DNA of 64,000 bases from Pseudovirgaria hyperparasitica. Its lineage: Eukaryota. The notes beneath the pieces were generated by a model. The model was given only the letters and a program-made list of their open reading frames with translations. It made no database searches and was not told where the DNA came from. Positions 59,694 through 64,000 of the stretch are shown here, piece after piece. Positions within the stretch are counted from its first letter, which is position 1, and every line of letters starts with the position of its first letter. The position numbers were made by a program, and so were the translations under genes. The DNA is taken from NCBI GenBank assembly GCA_010093815.1, contig ML996565.1; one strand, written 5' to 3'.

Positions 59694-61536
59694 ATGGACT
59701 ACTCGGCTGCTCTTCCCGATGAGCCTGGTCCGGGTCACTCTCCATGGGCATCTTCACCTCAGCATAATCGCACCAGCTTTGGCGCCAACACGGATGTTCC
59801 CTCCTCTCCACTGCCGGCACAGTCGCCATACGGAGACGATAGGCAGGACGGAGGCTTCATGGGGGACCAAGATACCCGCAGCACGTCGAGCCATAATGAT
59901 ACCTTTGGCGAGAATGGACGTGTGGAACATCAGGACTTAACGCAACAACCACTGTCCCAACAGCAGCCTAATTTGGAGCAGCAACAGAGACAGGGCCCGG
60001 AAAGATATCATGGTGCCAGGGCCAGGCAAAGCCTGCCTCAATACAAGCTTCAGGCAAAGGTTACAGGATTAGAACGAACAGCGCGCAAAGATCCTATATT
60101 TAGATTCGACGTTTACGTAGGAGTTTACACATAAATTTGGTTGAACAGGATGCTGACAAGTCGCAGACCAACCTGCCCAAGTTCCGCACCACACAATTCC
60201 GTGATGTTAGGAGAATGCACTCAGAATTTCAAAAACTGGCCGACCATCTTATATCCGCGAATCCAGAGGCACTCGTGCCTTCCCTTCCTCCTCCTTCAAC
60301 CTCCGCAGGTGTTGGTACCGATGAAGATGAGGCGCGAGTGAAAGCGTCAATACAAAGATGGCTGAACACCGTCTGTGGAAATGATGTGCTCATGCGCGAC
60401 GAGGAAATGATGTTCTTTGTACAGAATGACCCTGGTTATAGCCCCGTGGTAAAGCGCAAACAACCAGCAACGGGTGTGCGAAGAAAAGTCATTAAACAAT
60501 TCGCACCTCCTCCAGATGATACGCCTGAGCTAGCTGAAGCAAGGCCTGTAGTCAAGCTTTATTACCTGGGAACCATGGATACCGGGCAGAAGATGGAAAA
60601 GCTTGTGAAGCAAAGAAGAAGTATGCGAGATACCTCCTCATCATGTAGGCATGGATTAACAGCTTTGCAGGTCTTGGTCTCGCGGAAGCTGACCTTGGTG
60701 TCAAGATGGGACAGATGCATGTACAGGAGCTCCATCCAGGCCTCGCAAACGCATACCGCAAACTCGGTAAGGTCATCCAAGCGACTGGAGACTTTCACGC
60801 CGCACAAGGTACTGCGGAAGCCACAACACTTGGAGATCCACTTCAATACCAGTCTGCAGACGCTTTCATCGTCAAGGAAACCCTCACAAACCGCCACATC
60901 CTCCTCCGCGAACTCCTCCAAGCTCAACAAGCCACCCGTTCAAAACTCTCCGCGGCAGACCGCCTCAAGGCCTCTAGTAGCGTCCGCCGCGACAAAGTCG
61001 ACGAGGCCATCTCCGCGCTTGACGAAGCCAAAAGCCACGAGCAATATCTGACGCAGAAGTCGGAGCGCGTAACCAAGAATTTGGTCCAGGAACGCCGCAA
61101 ATGGTTCGCACGCACCGCAGCCGATCTGCGCTCCGCTATACGCGAGTACGTGATTCGCCAAATCGAAGCGGAGCGTCGTACGCTCGCCACCCTTGAACAA
61201 GTACGCCCTGACATCCGCTCAATAGACGCCTCGGGCGGTCTATCGCGTCTCGGCCGCGAAGCTCACCCTGCCCAAAGACGCGCCAACTTGGCCAGTAGCC
61301 AAGGTCCTAAGGGTGATGCATGGAGCGGTGTACCCAGGAGGCAGGATGGGCTGAATCGCAGTATGAGTGGCAGCTTTACGTCTCCCATTGAAGACGAGGA
61401 ACAGGAGCAGGTCACGGAGGCGGGCAGAAAACGGGCGAGTAGTGGTGCAGGCAGTCTGTCGGGGGTCCAAGAGGAAGATGATGATCGTGTCGATGCTCGT
61501 AACGCAGCGAGTCGTTTAGCTACGACGACGTTTTAA
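59694..61536 (+). CDS. VPS17: Retromer PX-BAR subunit Vps17
   Basis: LQAKVTGLERT..FDVY|TNLPKFRT..VRRMHSEF, FAPPPDDT, KETLTNRHIL, IRSIDASGGLSRLGR; 2 introns. Confidence 0.95.
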
Positions 61537-62482
61537 GGGCGAACTGTTGGGTACGGGAGGTGTATAAGTGGTCAATATCACGTTCTGTAGGAATGTGGGT
61601 TCTCAGGCATGGTGGTACCTAGTGAGTTAGAATAAAAGCCTTGGCTCCGGTACCACGTCACAACATTGTACCACCCCTTTCTCTGCTCCATATCTATAGC
61701 ATGTTTCGACCAAGTTTTAAGCACAGTCGAATGTGCGGAAGTTGGCCCGGAGATAATGTGCGTCGTAGAGTGATTGACATGGTGACTAGGGCTTGATGGA
61801 ATTCTATTAAAGTGACGCGAGGTGCCGTTGCAATCCTTTTGGCCATCTGAAGAATGTGATTCTCGTGTGGTTATATCTCCATACCATGGCGTTGCTCAGT
61901 GGCCATGATGATGAAGCGATACCAGGATGATGTGGTGGTCAACCACGCGGCATGGGCAGTATAACCCCTACTCTATGTGAACTAGCAATAATACTGTCAT
62001 GAGGACGTATTAGTGATTCATCAGTCATTTCTCACGTAGAAGCTGTAATGGCACACCGTACTTAAACGCAGAGTGGGAAATATATCCGGCAGTGGTGTTA
62101 CCGGGTTTGTGTATACGCCACCGTTCTGCCATTACAGCGATTGGACTGAGATGAAGATCCCATGCAGATTATCGCATCGTGCACGATTGTTTTTTTGTGT
62201 CTGATTCATAGATAGATATTGGTATCCAAATATCAAATTGGCACCTGGTAATCTCCTTTGCGTAATTTCAGGCGCTTCGATGTAAGTGTGACCGCGATTC
62301 AGGGTTCTCAATCACCCTGACATCATGGGAATTTGTGCTCTAGTTGTCACGACCATGAACGGCGGCAAATAATCCAATGTATAATCGAATGTGTGATCCC
62401 CAGCGCCCGCTAAGTACTGCTAAACAACCAATGTCCTACAAACAACCTCCTGTTTTGAAACAATATGATACCGCCCCACCGC

Positions 62483-63544
62483 TCAAGTCATAGAAACATA
62501 ACGTCCCGAGGAGTTCCTCCTTCTTCCGCTTCGAAGCTCGTTTGGCGTCCACCTCGGTTGCCTCGCGGCCGCCACCCTCCTAGCTAACTTCTTGTCTCGC
62601 CGACGTTGCTTTTCGGCAGGGTTAAGAGGGAGGCGCTTCTTGAGATGCTTTGGAATTATCTCGATGTTGGGCCAACCATAGTGCGCCATATGCTCCTTAA
62701 TATATTCGCATTCTGTATTTGGCAGAGCCACTCTCATGTTGTTGGAAAACAAGACTGCATGGTTGTAGATTCGCTCGCATTCTACCCTCACCATGACGCA
62801 GCGGCTCCCCTGATACTCGGTTTCTGTCCTCTTCCAGGAAAGCTGCGGGTGCGTCAGATACCCGAGGATGGTGCTGTCCAGAAACAGCATCGGCTTTGGC
62901 ATCACGAACGTAATGTTCGTGAGCCGGTTAAAATTGAACCCATGCTGCGCCCAGAATCGGCCCCATAGCAGTGCCTCTCGATAGAGTGCCCACTCTTCTG
63001 ATTTGCGAAGAAGTGCATGTTCCCTAGGCTTGAAGGGCGGATCGGGACGAGCGCCAAGATTGGGTGCGTCGTCTGCATATACAATCCTTAATTCGCGGAC
63101 TGTATCTTCCATACCTTGTAGCATATTGTCCAAGCTGTGAGGATCATCCATGAAAGCAAGAAATTTGTCGTGTGTTTGGAAGTCAGGGAAAAAAAGTGAC
63201 GGAGTCCCGCTGGTCGGAGTGACGAGCTTGAGGCTCAGACCGTCCATTTCATCTGGTGCTGCCTGTCGAACCTTGGGCCACTGCGTAAGGCAGTAAGGCT
63301 TAATGAGTGCTAGTAGGGGGTTTACATCCAGTGTCAGGTCGGCCCAAGTCAGCTCTGCGTCGCACAATCCGTAGAGGGCATCTGTGACTCTGTGGGGAAG
63401 ATTGGGATAGATGGTCGTATCATCGAAGTCGTCCATGTCGTCAACATCTGGTTCCTGGTATAGGTTCGCTCGATAATCATACTTGGCATCCAAAATCACA
63501 GCGCCATGGGTGATTACGCCTGCGGCTGTAAGGTTTGCAGACAT
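62483..63544 (-). CDS. Hypothetical protein with basic C-terminus (start uncertain; ORF open to 63673)
   Basis: Uninterrupted ORF of ~350 aa from MSANLTAAG; no recognised domain. Confidence 0.65.
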   Translation of the reverse strand: MSANLTAAGVITHGAVILDAKYDYRANLYQEPDVDDMDDFDDTTIYPNLPHRVTDALYGLCDAELTWADLTLDVNPLLALIKPYCLTQWPKVRQAAPDEMDGLSLKLVTPTSGTPSLFFPDFQTHDKFLAFMDDPHSLDNMLQGMEDTVRELRIVYADDAPNLGARPDPPFKPREHALLRKSEEWALYREALLWGRFWAQHGFNFNRLTNITFVMPKPMLFLDSTILGYLTHPQLSWKRTETEYQGSRCVMVRVECERIYNHAVLFSNNMRVALPNTECEYIKEHMAHYGWPNIEIIPKHLKKRLPLNPAEKQRRRDKKLARRVAAARQPRWTPNELRSGRRRNSSGRYVSMT

Positions 63545-64000
63545 CTTGAGAAGTTCTGAAGATCTCGCCGAGATGTATATGATCAGACAGATACTATAGT
63601 AAGAGGAAGCTTCATCAGAGTGACGGCGAAAAATGCGAAATGGTACGAATGATTGACAGGAGGAAGAGTTCAAGGATTGTGTAGGTCGAAAAGATCAAAG
63701 AGCCGAAAAGATGACGATACCAGAACTGTACCAGATAGTCTAAGAGAACAGATCGGCAAAAGTCAAAACGTGCTGAAGATGGCTTTTACAATGTAAGACA
63801 AAGAATGATGCCCAATAGAAGGCGAGCAGACGAGGTACATATATGCATTGATCAGAACATTGAATAGACCAAGCCGTACGATTGTCTTTGTCTGCATCAT
63901 GCATAATGATCGACCAGGCAGACGTTTGTAAATAGACCCCTCTGCCTTCTTCGACAAAGTAAATAGCCGCCCAGTGATTGTCTGTGAAGCATGCAAGTCG

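Noticed and set aside
61960..61970. TAACCCCTA as a telomerase RNA template
   Set aside because: It has four Cs and does not match the TAACCCTAA template expected for TTAGGG repeats; the interval also seems short for a filamentous-fungal TER.

Overview
Gene-dense, intron-containing genomic DNA from a filamentous ascomycete (Pezizomycotina; finer taxonomy not determinable by eye). Most of the window is housekeeping: CEM1-like KS (3' end), NiCoT nickel transporter, PPR-like mitochondrial protein, CPA1/arg-2, TMEM184/OST-alpha, CCT8, L-type lectin, TIM13, TCD, TTI1, PDS5, CEG1, CBP3, MEF2 and VPS17. Two accessory segments are embedded in it. (i) A ~10.6 kb island (16.5-27.1 kb) holds a CYP503-like P450, a GST, a laccase, a Pth11-like membrane protein and an atypical CYP65-like P450, but no backbone enzyme. 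(ii) An intronless UbiA-type (Fma-TC-like) terpene cyclase lies ~8.7 kb further on, followed by a ~6 kb stretch without large genes that contains candidate spliced microprotein genes. Together these suggest a split terpenoid pathway (inference). The ORF track misses or only fragmentarily shows a three-exon arginine attenuator peptide uORF upstream of CPA1, a 58-aa sORF with TATA box and 5'UTR intron, and a membrane-protein gene broken by one in-frame TGA at a likely Trp codon. No rRNA, tRNA, CRISPR array or recognisable transposon was seen. All calls are by-eye motif recognition; no searches were run.
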